A DNA stretch of 64,000 nt from positions 17,927 to 81,926 of the forward strand of contig PBWV01000044.1 of the NCBI GenBank assembly GCA_002728255.1, in the 5' to 3' direction. This document shows positions 39,959 to 49,643 of the stretch, piece by piece. Numbering within the stretch: the stretch's first letter is position 1; each line of letters opens with the position of its first letter. The position numbers were made by a program, and so were the translations under genes. The notes under the pieces are model-generated. The model was given only the letters and a program-made list of their open reading frames with translations, searched no databases and had not been told where the DNA came from. The stretch is from Rhodospirillaceae bacterium (lineage in GTDB: Bacteria > Pseudomonadota > Alphaproteobacteria > UBA7887).

Positions 39959-41324
39959 TAGTTACCTCTCCGTTTCGAGCAATGCTCCAGGTTTGAATAG
40001 CATTACAATGATAAAGCTGGCCTTCCGCATACTGTGCAGACCATACATCTCTTCGAAGTTGCGTATTACCTGCCTCATCAGTAGCACGGCTTTGCAATAA
40101 TGTTGGCAAGCCATCCCACTTCCATGGAAGGCGAAAACGCGTCAGCGCCATTGATAAAGGCTCCCCATCCAGGGCCGCAACAGCCCAAGTTGCCCCTCCA
40201 TCCGCAGAAACTTCAACTTTTACTATTTTACCGCTTCCAGACCATGCTAAGCCGGATATCTCGTAAAACCCTGGACCATCCATTACTAGACCACCCGCTG
40301 GCCTAGTAATGGTAGACTTAACGCCCATCGTGTAAGTGAACTGACGAGCCACACCATCAGGCATTAAATCAGAATATTTAGATGTCTCATCCTTAGTGTA
40401 GGTGGGGCCGCTGGTCACCTTGATTCGCCTTAGCCATTTGACCGACATATTTCCCTCAAAACCAGGAAGCAACAACCTCATTGGATAGCCCTGTTCAGGC
40501 CTCAACATTTCTCCATTTTGGTAAATCGCTATTATGGCATCATCCATTGCCTTTCGCAGAGGAATGCTGCGGCTCATCCCAGCTGAATCTGCTCCCTCCG
40601 CCAATATCCATTTCCCCTCTGGAAGTAGTCCCGCCTCATCCAATAAAAGGTTTAAGGGAATGCCAGTCCACTCAGCACCCGACACGAGTCCGTGAATCAT
40701 ACCTACCGAAACTTGGGTGGCCTCGGGAAACAAATTACTGTTAAAGAAACTATTTCCCGCGCACTCTATAAAATAGTTTCTTGAAATCATTGGATAGCGA
40801 CTAAGGCTAGCCATCGAAAACTTGAGCGAACGCTGAACCAGCCCGTGAATAAGAAATTCGTGCTCATCTGGGTTAATCGTGGGGCGCCCATTATGGCTAC
40901 GCTCAAAATGTAACCCATTGGGGGTAATAGTACCTTCTAGTGACTGCAACGGTGTCATAGCCACCCCGGCACCTGGCGCAAGGTCTCCGTAGGGCTGCAA
41001 GATTTTTCGCTGGACAGAACTTTCAGCCCCTGCCGGCTTCCCATAGCCCCTGAAACTCGCGCCGGGGATCTTCATAGAATCCGGTAAAAAGGCTCCGATA
41101 GATTGGGCGCCCGATTGTGAATCAAATACGGGAGCCTCATAATTTATAGCCTCCTCCGTCGAAGTATCATCCGCCCTTCCCGCCTTCGCAAAAACAGCAA
41201 TTGATCCTGCTAACAACCCACCTTGCACAAATAAACGACGATCCAACAAGCCATTCTTAGCTGCCAAATCAGCCTCTAACTCAGTTCTCATCAGATCTTT
41301 GCCTGCCTTACCTTTACTCTTCAT
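39945..41324 (-). CDS. sorA: Sulfite dehydrogenase molybdopterin subunit (sulfite oxidase family), Tat-exported.
   Basis: Tat motif RRLFVQGGLLAG; Mo-ligand cysteine in YFIECAGNS; C-terminal dimerisation domain. Confidence 0.8.
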   Translation of the reverse strand: MKSKGKAGKDLMRTELEADLAAKNGLLDRRLFVQGGLLAGSIAVFAKAGRADDTSTEEAINYEAPVFDSQSGAQSIGAFLPDSMKIPGASFRGYGKPAGAESSVQRKILQPYGDLAPGAGVAMTPLQSLEGTITPNGLHFERSHNGRPTINPDEHEFLIHGLVQRSLKFSMASLSRYPMISRNYFIECAGNSFFNSNLFPEATQVSVGMIHGLVSGAEWTGIPLNLLLDEAGLLPEGKWILAEGADSAGMSRSIPLRKAMDDAIIAIYQNGEMLRPEQGYPMRLLLPGFEGNMSVKWLRRIKVTSGPTYTKDETSKYSDLMPDGVARQFTYTMGVKSTITRPAGGLVMDGPGFYEISGLAWSGSGKIVKVEVSADGGATWAVAALDGEPLSMALTRFRLPWKWDGLPTLLQSRATDEAGNTQLRRDVWSAQYAEGQLYHCNAIQTWSIARNGEVTNVFI

Positions 41325-41381
41325 TCAGAGCCCCCTATGACTAATATATGCAATAACCCGTAATACACTCTTGTTCGACGC

Positions 41382-43472
41382 CTACGATACCACCAGCTTC
41401 TCCCGCCTTTCACGCCTCTGTATTAATGGTGGACAGACCATGTCATCGTAATAAGCAGTTTGGCACTTTAGACATTGATAACACTCGCTTATATTTATCT
41501 CTCCATCTAGCTGAATAGCCTGAACAGGACATAAGTCTCTACAAATATTGCAACTACTTCCACATTCAGGGCGCCGTTTTAACCATTCCAGCACCCGAAT
41601 CCTTCCGGCTATTGCCAACCCTGCTCCCAGCGGGCAGAGATACCTACAAAACGGCCTCTCGACAAATAAGCTAATGCCCAGGAGCAATAGGGCAAACAAG
41701 GTGTACGGCCAAGAGCGGATAAAGTGGGTCATTATGACCGTATTGAACGGCTCCACCTCTATGGCTTTCGACAGGTAAACCGGACTAAAAAATGTCAAAG
41801 ACACTAGGCCTATAAGTACAAAATATTTCAGTGCCCATAGTCGCCTATTTACCACAGAAGAAATATTCAACTGCTTGATACTTAACCAACGCGACAATTG
41901 ACTCACGACATCTTGCAGAGCACCAAAAGGGCACAACCAACCACAAAAAACACCTCTGCCAAGGAGCAACGTAACTATCAGAGTAAAGCCCATAATTATC
42001 ACAATTAGCGGGTCAAGGAGCAGAGATTCTAGGGACCACTGCAGTTTCGGAGCTCGCATTAATGATAGAAGATGCATTACCGACAACTGAGCCCCTGTAT
42101 ACCACCCCACCCAAATTAGAGTGAAAACCATGAACCCATTTTTAATAATTCTTAACGTTTTTGGTGTTCGTACTATTGTCCCCTGGAGCACCAGAATTGT
42201 GCATAGAATTAAGAAAGCGAGGAACATAATTGCAAGTGCAGAACTCGCCTCAAGCCAAACACTTACCCAAAGAGGCGTTACTTTTTCTCTCTTTCTTTGT
42301 TCCACAGCAACCTGATGTGGAATAGGTTCTATTACTATTTCCTGTGGCGGAGAATAAGGTAGGCTCCACGTATTACCATAACTCTCATCACCAATAGACT
42401 TTATTTGAATTGCCCAAGGGCGCGTCGGATCAAACTTTTCCTGGGATCCAATGGTCAACAACCAAGCACGCGATAAACCCAGGAATGGAACGTTTTCGAC
42501 TTCCCTCGTAGGCACCCCATTTAGGCTCTTAACCCAACCATTTTGCCTGAGACTAAGCTCAAATAACGCCTGAGTATCATCCTTAAGCGAGAGAGCTACC
42601 TCCTCGGGAAACAACGAGCCGCCTGCCCCAAGCCAAATTAGAGCTCCACTAGATTCGGGTTCTTCTATATCCAACCCTAAACTGAGATCATTTGCCAGAA
42701 GATTTTCCCTGATTAGCCTCGGTGAGGCGAGGGCAAGAAAAATTTGTTCTTTTGCAGTTGCAAATAATCCATTCACGCCATCAGAACCAACGTCCAGAGC
42801 GGTTGAAGAAAAAACAAAAGAGTCATCCAGAATCGCACTTCGTACCGCACCAATTGATAAAAGATCTTTCCAACTCAATTCCCTCTGACTGTGTAAATCA
42901 AGGCGACGACCTTCCCTTTCACCAGGACCATATAACTCCCTAGATACAGCCACAGCTCTCCCCGCCTCATAAACTGCCTCCAACATAATCAAGCTACTTC
43001 TCTTCGCTCCTTCAGCGTATACGGCAAGGTCTATGGGATTCGAATCTAAAACATCAAGCCCAGATAAAGCACTAACCATTTCCTCTAATGGAAGTCGTGA
43101 AGCTACACTGCCCACTAAAGGCTCTTGATGAGCAATGAGCGCCGCTCCAGTTATAATACCATTCATATCGACAGCGGAGATAATTTCGAAGGACTCACCG
43201 GCATAGCCTTCTGTCCCTAGCAAATCCCCAACAGAAAACGCGTACCCAACTATGGACAGGAAACCACTATTATTGACTTCCCCATAAACAGGCGCCGCAA
43301 CAATTCGACCAGACGGCCGGCCGGCAGTCTCGGCACCGGGGAATATACTCTGTAACAAGCTAATAGGAATACTCTCTATAAAATGCTTTGGCCCCATGTC
43401 TGCCCTCAAACGATTACCACAATCCACTAACGCAATGAGTATGGAAATCAGGAGAATCTTAACCATATTCAT
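41382..43472 (-). CDS. NosR/NirI-family membrane-bound flavo-iron-sulfur protein.
   Basis: Signal peptide, a periplasmic FMN-bind-like region, about 6 TM helices, CGWLCPFGALQD and FCRYLCPLGAG CX3CP motifs, and C-terminal ferredoxin-like Cys clusters. Confidence 0.7.
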   Translation of the reverse strand: MNMVKILLISILIALVDCGNRLRADMGPKHFIESIPISLLQSIFPGAETAGRPSGRIVAAPVYGEVNNSGFLSIVGYAFSVGDLLGTEGYAGESFEIISAVDMNGIITGAALIAHQEPLVGSVASRLPLEEMVSALSGLDVLDSNPIDLAVYAEGAKRSSLIMLEAVYEAGRAVAVSRELYGPGEREGRRLDLHSQRELSWKDLLSIGAVRSAILDDSFVFSSTALDVGSDGVNGLFATAKEQIFLALASPRLIRENLLANDLSLGLDIEEPESSGALIWLGAGGSLFPEEVALSLKDDTQALFELSLRQNGWVKSLNGVPTREVENVPFLGLSRAWLLTIGSQEKFDPTRPWAIQIKSIGDESYGNTWSLPYSPPQEIVIEPIPHQVAVEQRKREKVTPLWVSVWLEASSALAIMFLAFLILCTILVLQGTIVRTPKTLRIIKNGFMVFTLIWVGWYTGAQLSVMHLLSLMRAPKLQWSLESLLLDPLIVIIMGFTLIVTLLLGRGVFCGWLCPFGALQDVVSQLSRWLSIKQLNISSVVNRRLWALKYFVLIGLVSLTFFSPVYLSKAIEVEPFNTVIMTHFIRSWPYTLFALLLLGISLFVERPFCRYLCPLGAGLAIAGRIRVLEWLKRRPECGSSCNICRDLCPVQAIQLDGEINISECYQCLKCQTAYYDDMVCPPLIQRRERREKLVVS

Positions 43473-43512
43473 ATTGGGGACCTACCTGAAGTGCTTATAC
43501 AGTTTTGTAATT

Positions 43513-44574
43513 TTAAGGTATTATCTTGGCGGCACGGTATTGTTGAAAATAGTCTAACAACATAGCGCGTGTATCAACAACCTCAACGAATCCCGCTGCT
43601 GTCAATTTTGTGGTACTCGTTAACAAATCCCAATCCTGACCAAAAATAAAGTCCCCGAAAGACCACTGCGCCAATGTGTCAATACTGTTCGGCTTCAAGT
43701 TCTGGCTTTCCACAATATTTTTCCATATCAGTGCTTTATCATTCATCACTTTTGTTAGTGTTAAGCCTCTTGGAATACCCAACGGCAACTGAAAAAAATT
43801 AGCAATTTCTGGCCACAAATTAGCCCATCGAAAACAGTCCCCATTAGTTACATTAAACGCTTGGTTAGCACATTGGCCGTTTGTAGCTATCCAGATAATA
43901 GCTTTAGCTAAATGGGATGCGGAAACAGCCTCCGCAATAACATTATAGTTCTTATCAGAGCCAGGAAACTCTAGAGGGATACCCAATGCACGGCTTAGTT
44001 CTGCATAAACCGCAATCAAAGATACCGGGTTTCTAGACTGCTGAGGCGCAAAATCATAGACAAGACAAGGCCGTGATACTGACCATCGCCACTCTCCACT
44101 TCTGGATGCCAAGTAATCTTGCTGGTCATAATAAAAATTTGGCCCCATATGTCGTGGGTCTTCCTCCCGGGCTGGCGTTCTGTAAGGTCCCAGATGGCAT
44201 CCGTAATATTTAGCTCCATGAACAGCATGAATATGCTCAAGGGTCGGGCAAGATTTTTCAACTAGCCCCACAAGATTCTTGAGCATAGTAAGATTTTCTT
44301 CCACGGGTTCCACCATTCCTTCCCCGTGGTTAGCCCGTGCTGCGTAAAAGACATGAGTTATATCAGAGAGCCTAGACAAGACTAGTTTGCTAGATTCATA
44401 ATCTAACAAATCTGTCTCTATATAATGGACGTTCCGAGAAACTCTCGTTGCTCTTCGGCAGAGGCCAGTCACCTTAAAATCAGCCTGCCCAAGTTGTTCG
44501 ACTAGACGAAACCCCACCGTCCCCGTCGCCCCAGCCACTAATGCATGCCTCCTCACAATACTCTGCCTTTCCAT
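43513..44574 (-). CDS. NAD-dependent epimerase/dehydratase (extended SDR) family protein.
   Basis: LVAGATGTVGFRLVEQL Rossmann motif. The ORF runs to 44598 and overlaps the upstream gene. Confidence 0.6.
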   Translation of the reverse strand: MERQSIVRRHALVAGATGTVGFRLVEQLGQADFKVTGLCRRATRVSRNVHYIETDLLDYESSKLVLSRLSDITHVFYAARANHGEGMVEPVEENLTMLKNLVGLVEKSCPTLEHIHAVHGAKYYGCHLGPYRTPAREEDPRHMGPNFYYDQQDYLASRSGEWRWSVSRPCLVYDFAPQQSRNPVSLIAVYAELSRALGIPLEFPGSDKNYNVIAEAVSASHLAKAIIWIATNGQCANQAFNVTNGDCFRWANLWPEIANFFQLPLGIPRGLTLTKVMNDKALIWKNIVESQNLKPNSIDTLAQWSFGDFIFGQDWDLLTSTTKLTAAGFVEVVDTRAMLLDYFQQYRAAKIIP

Positions 44575-45386
44575 CCAAGATTGGCAAGCTTCTTCCAACT
44601 CTCAACAAGATCATGGTCCGGATTTGTTGATATGATCTCCATAACAGACAACCCCTCAAAAGAAATCTTCCCAAGAGCCTCGTGAACGGAAGCAAAATCT
44701 ACCTCGCCGGCTCCAACAGGGTCATGACGCCATTCGTGGCGGCCCGTATCAGATAGATGAATGAGGTCTACCGCACCCTCCAATTGCAGTAATTCTTTTG
44801 CTGGATTTTGTCCTGCATAATACCCATTAGCAACGTCATAAACTATTCCTACGTTTGGATGATTAATCTGACCTACTATATTTAACAGGTCCTTAGCTAA
44901 CGGCACCGTCGTAATAGGCACATTTTCAATCAGCACCTTTGTCCCAGATTTCTTTGCGTGCTCTGCAAGAATCAAAACCCCCTCGAGAAGCCATTCTAGC
45001 ATTAGTTTTTTTGGAGCAGGAAAGAGGGGGGACACCTTGCCTGGCACTAACACCACATATGGAACCGACCACAAACCTGCCAACTCAATCAACTCCTTAA
45101 AGCGCTGCTGCGTAAAATTCCTAGTGTCTGGGTTAGGGCTGGTGATATTATGGTCCATGATGGGCAAATTAAATGAGGTGACTCTTAGTTTCTCATCAGA
45201 GATTATGGCCGGCCTCCTATCACGCGACTCCCTGGGAATCTCTGATACCCAAATATGCGGAGAATTAAAAAGAAACTCAAAATTCTCAAATCCAATTTTT
45301 CTTAAATGTCTAGCGGCCTCAAATGCATGGTGACTATAAATATACGAATATGTATTTACAGAGATTGTTAGCGAAGGAGAACTCAT
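44553..45386 (-). CDS. Sugar phosphate isomerase/epimerase (xylose-isomerase-like TIM barrel).
   Basis: ISVNTYSY...FEAARHLRKIGFENFEF typical N-terminus of the AP-endonuclease-2/TIM family. Confidence 0.65.
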   Translation of the reverse strand: MSSPSLTISVNTYSYIYSHHAFEAARHLRKIGFENFEFLFNSPHIWVSEIPRESRDRRPAIISDEKLRVTSFNLPIMDHNITSPNPDTRNFTQQRFKELIELAGLWSVPYVVLVPGKVSPLFPAPKKLMLEWLLEGVLILAEHAKKSGTKVLIENVPITTVPLAKDLLNIVGQINHPNVGIVYDVANGYYAGQNPAKELLQLEGAVDLIHLSDTGRHEWRHDPVGAGEVDFASVHEALGKISFEGLSVMEIISTNPDHDLVESWKKLANLGWKGRVL

Positions 45387-45524
45387 TGTTTACTATTTTC
45401 TATGCATAACTGGTTGAAAATCATAAAATCAGTTGGCTTTCTAAAAGCTAACCACTACTACATATAGCATATGTAATAGATTGCTACTCAATACTATCCC
45501 TCTATTTGTACCCAGGAAAATGAT

Positions 45525-46715
45525 ATGTCCCCCAAATCAGCTAGCTTACTATCCGGAATCCGGGTGCTTGATTTTACGGCCTTTGTTGCTGGACCCTATT
45601 GCACAAGGCTCATGGCTGACCTAGGGGCAGATGTCGTAAAGGTGGAGCCTCCCCATGGCGACCTGCTCCGCCAAGTTGCACCCGTGCGGAACGGACATAG
45701 TACCTACTTTGGACAGTTAAATAGTGGGAAACGAAGCCTTTCTATAAATATTAAAAAGCCTACTGGAATCGCTGCAGTAATTCAGCTGGCTAATAAAGCC
45801 GATGTGATTGTCGAAAACTTTAAACCCGGAATAGTAAAGAAATTTGGGCTCGATTATGAAAAGCTCGCCACAAAGAAACCCAGCCTAGTATATTGCTCCA
45901 TATCAGGTTATGGACAAACGGGACCTGGGGCCCAAAGACCGGCTTTTGCACCCATTGTGCATGCATCCAGCGGGTTCGATATGGCCCAGGCCGAATACCA
46001 AAATGGTATGACTACCCCTGCTAGAGGACGCCCCGTGGCTGCAGACGTATTAGCTGCCGTGCACTCATTAGCGGCTATTAATGCCGCGCTGTTCAGGCGC
46101 GAGCGAACAGGGGAAGGTGAGTATATCGATGTGGCCCTGATGGACTGCATCCACAGCATCCTTCCCTATGAATTTCAAAAGGCCTATTTCCCTGAATCTG
46201 CTGAAAAAGTGCCTGTCTACGCGCCCATTGAGACTCTAGATGGTTATATTCTTATTGCCCCCGTAACGAACAAGAATTTCACCGGTCTAGCGAAGGCTAT
46301 AAACAAAGAAGAATGGTTGACTGACCCTAAATTTTCCGACTCTAAACAAAGATATTCAAATCTAGAGATTATATACGATTCGGTTGGAGAATGGGCGAAC
46401 AAACGAACATCAGCCCAATGTGAAGAGACCCTCAACCTTAGCGGCTGTCCATTTGGAATATACAAGACTATTGGTGAAGCTCTAAAGGACCCTCAATACA
46501 TTACCCGTAACAGTATTGCTGAGGTAGAAGATGCTGCTGGAAAATTCAAAGTCCCAAATTCACCTCTCCATCTTACGGTCGCAAAAGCTTCTCTTGGCAC
46601 AAGAGTGCCATACCTCGGAGAACACAATAAGGACGTATTATCTGACTGGCTTGATTTTGAACAAGATACCATCCAGGATTTGCAAAATGACGGAACTCTC
46701 CAATCAGCACCCTAA
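45525..46715 (+). CDS. Family III CoA-transferase (CaiB/BaiF).
   Basis: LSGIRVLDFTAFVAGPYCTRLMADLGADVVKVEPP. Confidence 0.85.
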   Translation: MSPKSASLLSGIRVLDFTAFVAGPYCTRLMADLGADVVKVEPPHGDLLRQVAPVRNGHSTYFGQLNSGKRSLSINIKKPTGIAAVIQLANKADVIVENFKPGIVKKFGLDYEKLATKKPSLVYCSISGYGQTGPGAQRPAFAPIVHASSGFDMAQAEYQNGMTTPARGRPVAADVLAAVHSLAAINAALFRRERTGEGEYIDVALMDCIHSILPYEFQKAYFPESAEKVPVYAPIETLDGYILIAPVTNKNFTGLAKAINKEEWLTDPKFSDSKQRYSNLEIIYDSVGEWANKRTSAQCEETLNLSGCPFGIYKTIGEALKDPQYITRNSIAEVEDAAGKFKVPNSPLHLTVAKASLGTRVPYLGEHNKDVLSDWLDFEQDTIQDLQNDGTLQSAP

Positions 46716-47935
46716 TGAGGATGAGCCTCAGAGTAATCACCAGGCGGGAAAATTTCTTCCTCAGATTCAATGCAGTCTTCAGCCAACGCCATATTCATTC
46801 CTGGTTGGTCTGTCAGGGAAAAGACCCCACTCTGCGGAACAAGTTTATTCTTTAGGAAATGCTGGTTGATTTGGTTCCACTTCAGTAAAAACTCTTGGTA
46901 CGGAGTATGAATTGGGGACTGTGCAAACGAGAACGGAAGAGTGACATGCGTTGATCCACCGTGTGGGATTACCATTAGATCATGAACAGAGGCATATGCA
47001 GCTATCTTTAGTGTCTCAGACAACCCTCCACACCAATAAATATCCGGTTGAATTATATCCAAGGCCTCCGCATCAATAAAACGCTTAAACCCCCACCTGG
47101 TGTATTCATGCTCGGCTCCCGATAAGGGAATAGAAATTTTATCCTTTATTCTTCGGTAACTTGAAATTCGATCAGGCATAACACATTCCTCAAGCCAAAA
47201 CGGACGATACTCAGCAATACGTTCCGCTAATGATAAAATATAGGGAACATCCATACTTTGCCAACAATCGAGCATAATCGCATCATGATCCCCTAGAGTT
47301 TCTCTGAGGGTCTTCACTAAAGTCACATTTTTATCTAATCCTTCGGGGCCACTCATAGGGCCATGGCGGAAAAACCATTTTTGCGCTGTGTACCCCGCCT
47401 GTTGGGTCTCTTTCGCTCTTTGCCTCACCAAGCCTTGATCTTCAACGTCGTAGCCTAACATACTGGCATATGCCGGCACCTCCTTCCTAGTGGGCCCGCC
47501 TATGAGCTTATGAACGGGCGCTCCAAAAAACAGACCCTTAAGATCCCAGAGAGCACAGTCAACCACACTTACCGCCCACATCGCCTCACCTTGTCTGCCA
47601 TGGACAAGGCTTCGGTGCATCTGATCCCAGAGTAACTCGCTTGCCAAAGGATCCTTGCCCAATAACAGCTCCCTCAATTGGGTCGCAATGATGTAGGCCA
47701 CCGCATCAGAAGTCGGACCAAAAACCCCGTTCAATCCCTCATCCGTCCCAATCTCCAAAAATACATTCGACAAGCGAAATTTCCCTGCTGAATCCTGGGT
47801 GCCTCCCCAGAACGGCATCGCATTTCGGTATTCAGGGTAAATATCAATTGGTCGGGCCAAGCGCGATTCCCAAAATGTTCCATCCCAATCAAAAGATCCT
47901 CGCACCTTTCTTAAGGTTACTCTATCAATTTTCAT
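46712..47935 (-). CDS. Enolase-superfamily dehydratase, L-rhamnonate dehydratase-like.
   Basis: MLDCWQSMDV ... WLEECVMP ... IQPDIYWCGGLSE ... IPHGGS blocks collinear with RhamD/YfaW. Confidence 0.7.
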   Translation of the reverse strand: MKIDRVTLRKVRGSFDWDGTFWESRLARPIDIYPEYRNAMPFWGGTQDSAGKFRLSNVFLEIGTDEGLNGVFGPTSDAVAYIIATQLRELLLGKDPLASELLWDQMHRSLVHGRQGEAMWAVSVVDCALWDLKGLFFGAPVHKLIGGPTRKEVPAYASMLGYDVEDQGLVRQRAKETQQAGYTAQKWFFRHGPMSGPEGLDKNVTLVKTLRETLGDHDAIMLDCWQSMDVPYILSLAERIAEYRPFWLEECVMPDRISSYRRIKDKISIPLSGAEHEYTRWGFKRFIDAEALDIIQPDIYWCGGLSETLKIAAYASVHDLMVIPHGGSTHVTLPFSFAQSPIHTPYQEFLLKWNQINQHFLKNKLVPQSGVFSLTDQPGMNMALAEDCIESEEEIFPPGDYSEAHPH

Positions 47936-47992
47936 CTCTCTATCCTCGATGTTCGCCGGAAAGCAAAAGACCCCTCATCAGAATTCTAACTT

Positions 47993-49375
47993 TCAGAGCA
48001 TAATTAATTTGGCAAGGCTAAGAAAAGCAAAAAATCCAACGACATCAGTAACTGTTGTCAAGAGGATACCAGCACTAATCGCCGGATCCAAACCAACTCT
48101 CCACATTCCTACTGGAATCACAATGCCTGAAACACCCGCTACTAGTAAGTTCACTATCATTGCCATCGCAATCACACTTGCCAATAATCCATCGGCGAAC
48201 CAGAAATACGATAATGCGCCAGCCAAAAGTGCAAAAAAACATCCATTGTATCCACCGACAATCGTTTCCTTCCAAAAAATCCTCCAGGCATTCGTTGCCG
48301 TAAGCTCTCTGGTCGCCAGGGCCCTTACCGCAACTGTAAGGGTTTGAGTGCCGGCATTTCCACCCATCGACGCGACTATTGGCATAAGTATAGCTAGGGC
48401 AACGATTTGCTGTATGGTATCAGCGAACATAGCTATGGTTATTGAAGCTATTACAGCTGTGAAGAGATTCACAATCAACCAACTTGATCGCCTTCGGGCA
48501 GTTTGCACCGGACTAAAAAACAAATCACCTTCCGCAATCACACCGCCGAGACGATGTAAATCTTCTTCATGTTCTTCCTCAATAACATCAACCACATCAT
48601 CTATAGTAATTTGCCCAATTAGGCGGCCTGTTGGATCCACTACCGCCGCCGACGTCAAATTATATTGCTCAAACTGGAAGGCTATCTCCTCTTGGTCCAT
48701 GTTAACCGGGAACAGCTTTTGCTGATTTTCCATTATATCAGCCACAGCAACTGGCCTTTTAGTGCGCATAGCCCGACTTAAAGGGACCGCACCAATCGGC
48801 CTATGGCTCGCATCTACTACAAACAGTTCATAAAAGTCTTCTGGAAGATCGTCGCTGTCTCTCAGCCAATCGATGACCTGACCCACATTCCAAAGATGAG
48901 GTACCGCTACATAGTCTCGCTGCATTAGCCGACCAGCACTACTCTCCGGGTAGGCCAACGCTTCCGCAACAAGCTGGCGATCCGAGGCAGGCAATGCATC
49001 TAAGACCCGTTGCTGCTCCTCTTCACCCAAGTCCTCGAGGACTTCCGCCGCATCATCAGTTTCTAGCTCAGCAACATGGCCAGCGAGAATCCCTGGGTCC
49101 AGGTGATCCAATACTTCATCCCGAACCTGCTCATCTAATTCAGCCAACATCTCTGGATTAAGATCCTGACCGAGAGCAGTCACGAACAGATCTCTAAGCT
49201 CAGATGGCAGAGCCTCAGTCAAGTCAGCAATATCGGCGGCATGAAGGTTGCTGGCCAGTGCAGTTGCCACCTCACCTTTTTCCTCACGAAGAGCGGCCTC
49301 CACATCACGAACCAAATCCAGTGAGACGACCTGTATACCCCCCGATTTTTGATCCACCATAAATACACCATTCAC
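47993..49375 (-). CDS. mgtE: Magnesium transporter MgtE.
   Basis: MgtE N-domain, tandem CBS, C-terminal TM domain with the conserved ILLTTVTDVVGF. Confidence 0.85.
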   Translation of the reverse strand: MNGVFMVDQKSGGIQVVSLDLVRDVEAALREEKGEVATALASNLHAADIADLTEALPSELRDLFVTALGQDLNPEMLAELDEQVRDEVLDHLDPGILAGHVAELETDDAAEVLEDLGEEEQQRVLDALPASDRQLVAEALAYPESSAGRLMQRDYVAVPHLWNVGQVIDWLRDSDDLPEDFYELFVVDASHRPIGAVPLSRAMRTKRPVAVADIMENQQKLFPVNMDQEEIAFQFEQYNLTSAAVVDPTGRLIGQITIDDVVDVIEEEHEEDLHRLGGVIAEGDLFFSPVQTARRRSSWLIVNLFTAVIASITIAMFADTIQQIVALAILMPIVASMGGNAGTQTLTVAVRALATRELTATNAWRIFWKETIVGGYNGCFFALLAGALSYFWFADGLLASVIAMAMIVNLLVAGVSGIVIPVGMWRVGLDPAISAGILLTTVTDVVGFFAFLSLAKLIML

Positions 49376-49472
49376 TCGTCGGCTAGGCGCCCTCGCCCAC
49401 CACTAGAGACCCAGTTCAGAACGTCAGCCAGTTTCTGCTTAGTTTACGTCTACAACCAAAAATAGGAAGGCT

Positions 49473-49558
49473 GGTGCGGTCGAGAAGACTCGAACTTCCA
49501 CGGGATCTCTCCCACAGCGACCTCAACGCTGCGCGTCTACCAGTTCCGCCACGACCGC
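49473..49558 (-). tRNA. tRNA-Leu (anticodon GAG), long variable arm, CCA encoded.
   Basis: Reverse complement: GCGGTCGTGGCGGAACTGGTAGACGCGCAGCGTTGAGGTCGCTG...CGACCGCACCA. Anticodon loop UUGAGGU. Confidence 0.85.
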
Positions 49559-49643
49559 TTTCGCCTATTTCCTATGAGGCATGGCTGTACCGAGCCAGAT
49601 AGCAAATCTACTATAACTGCGCAACATATGATAAACTATTAGC

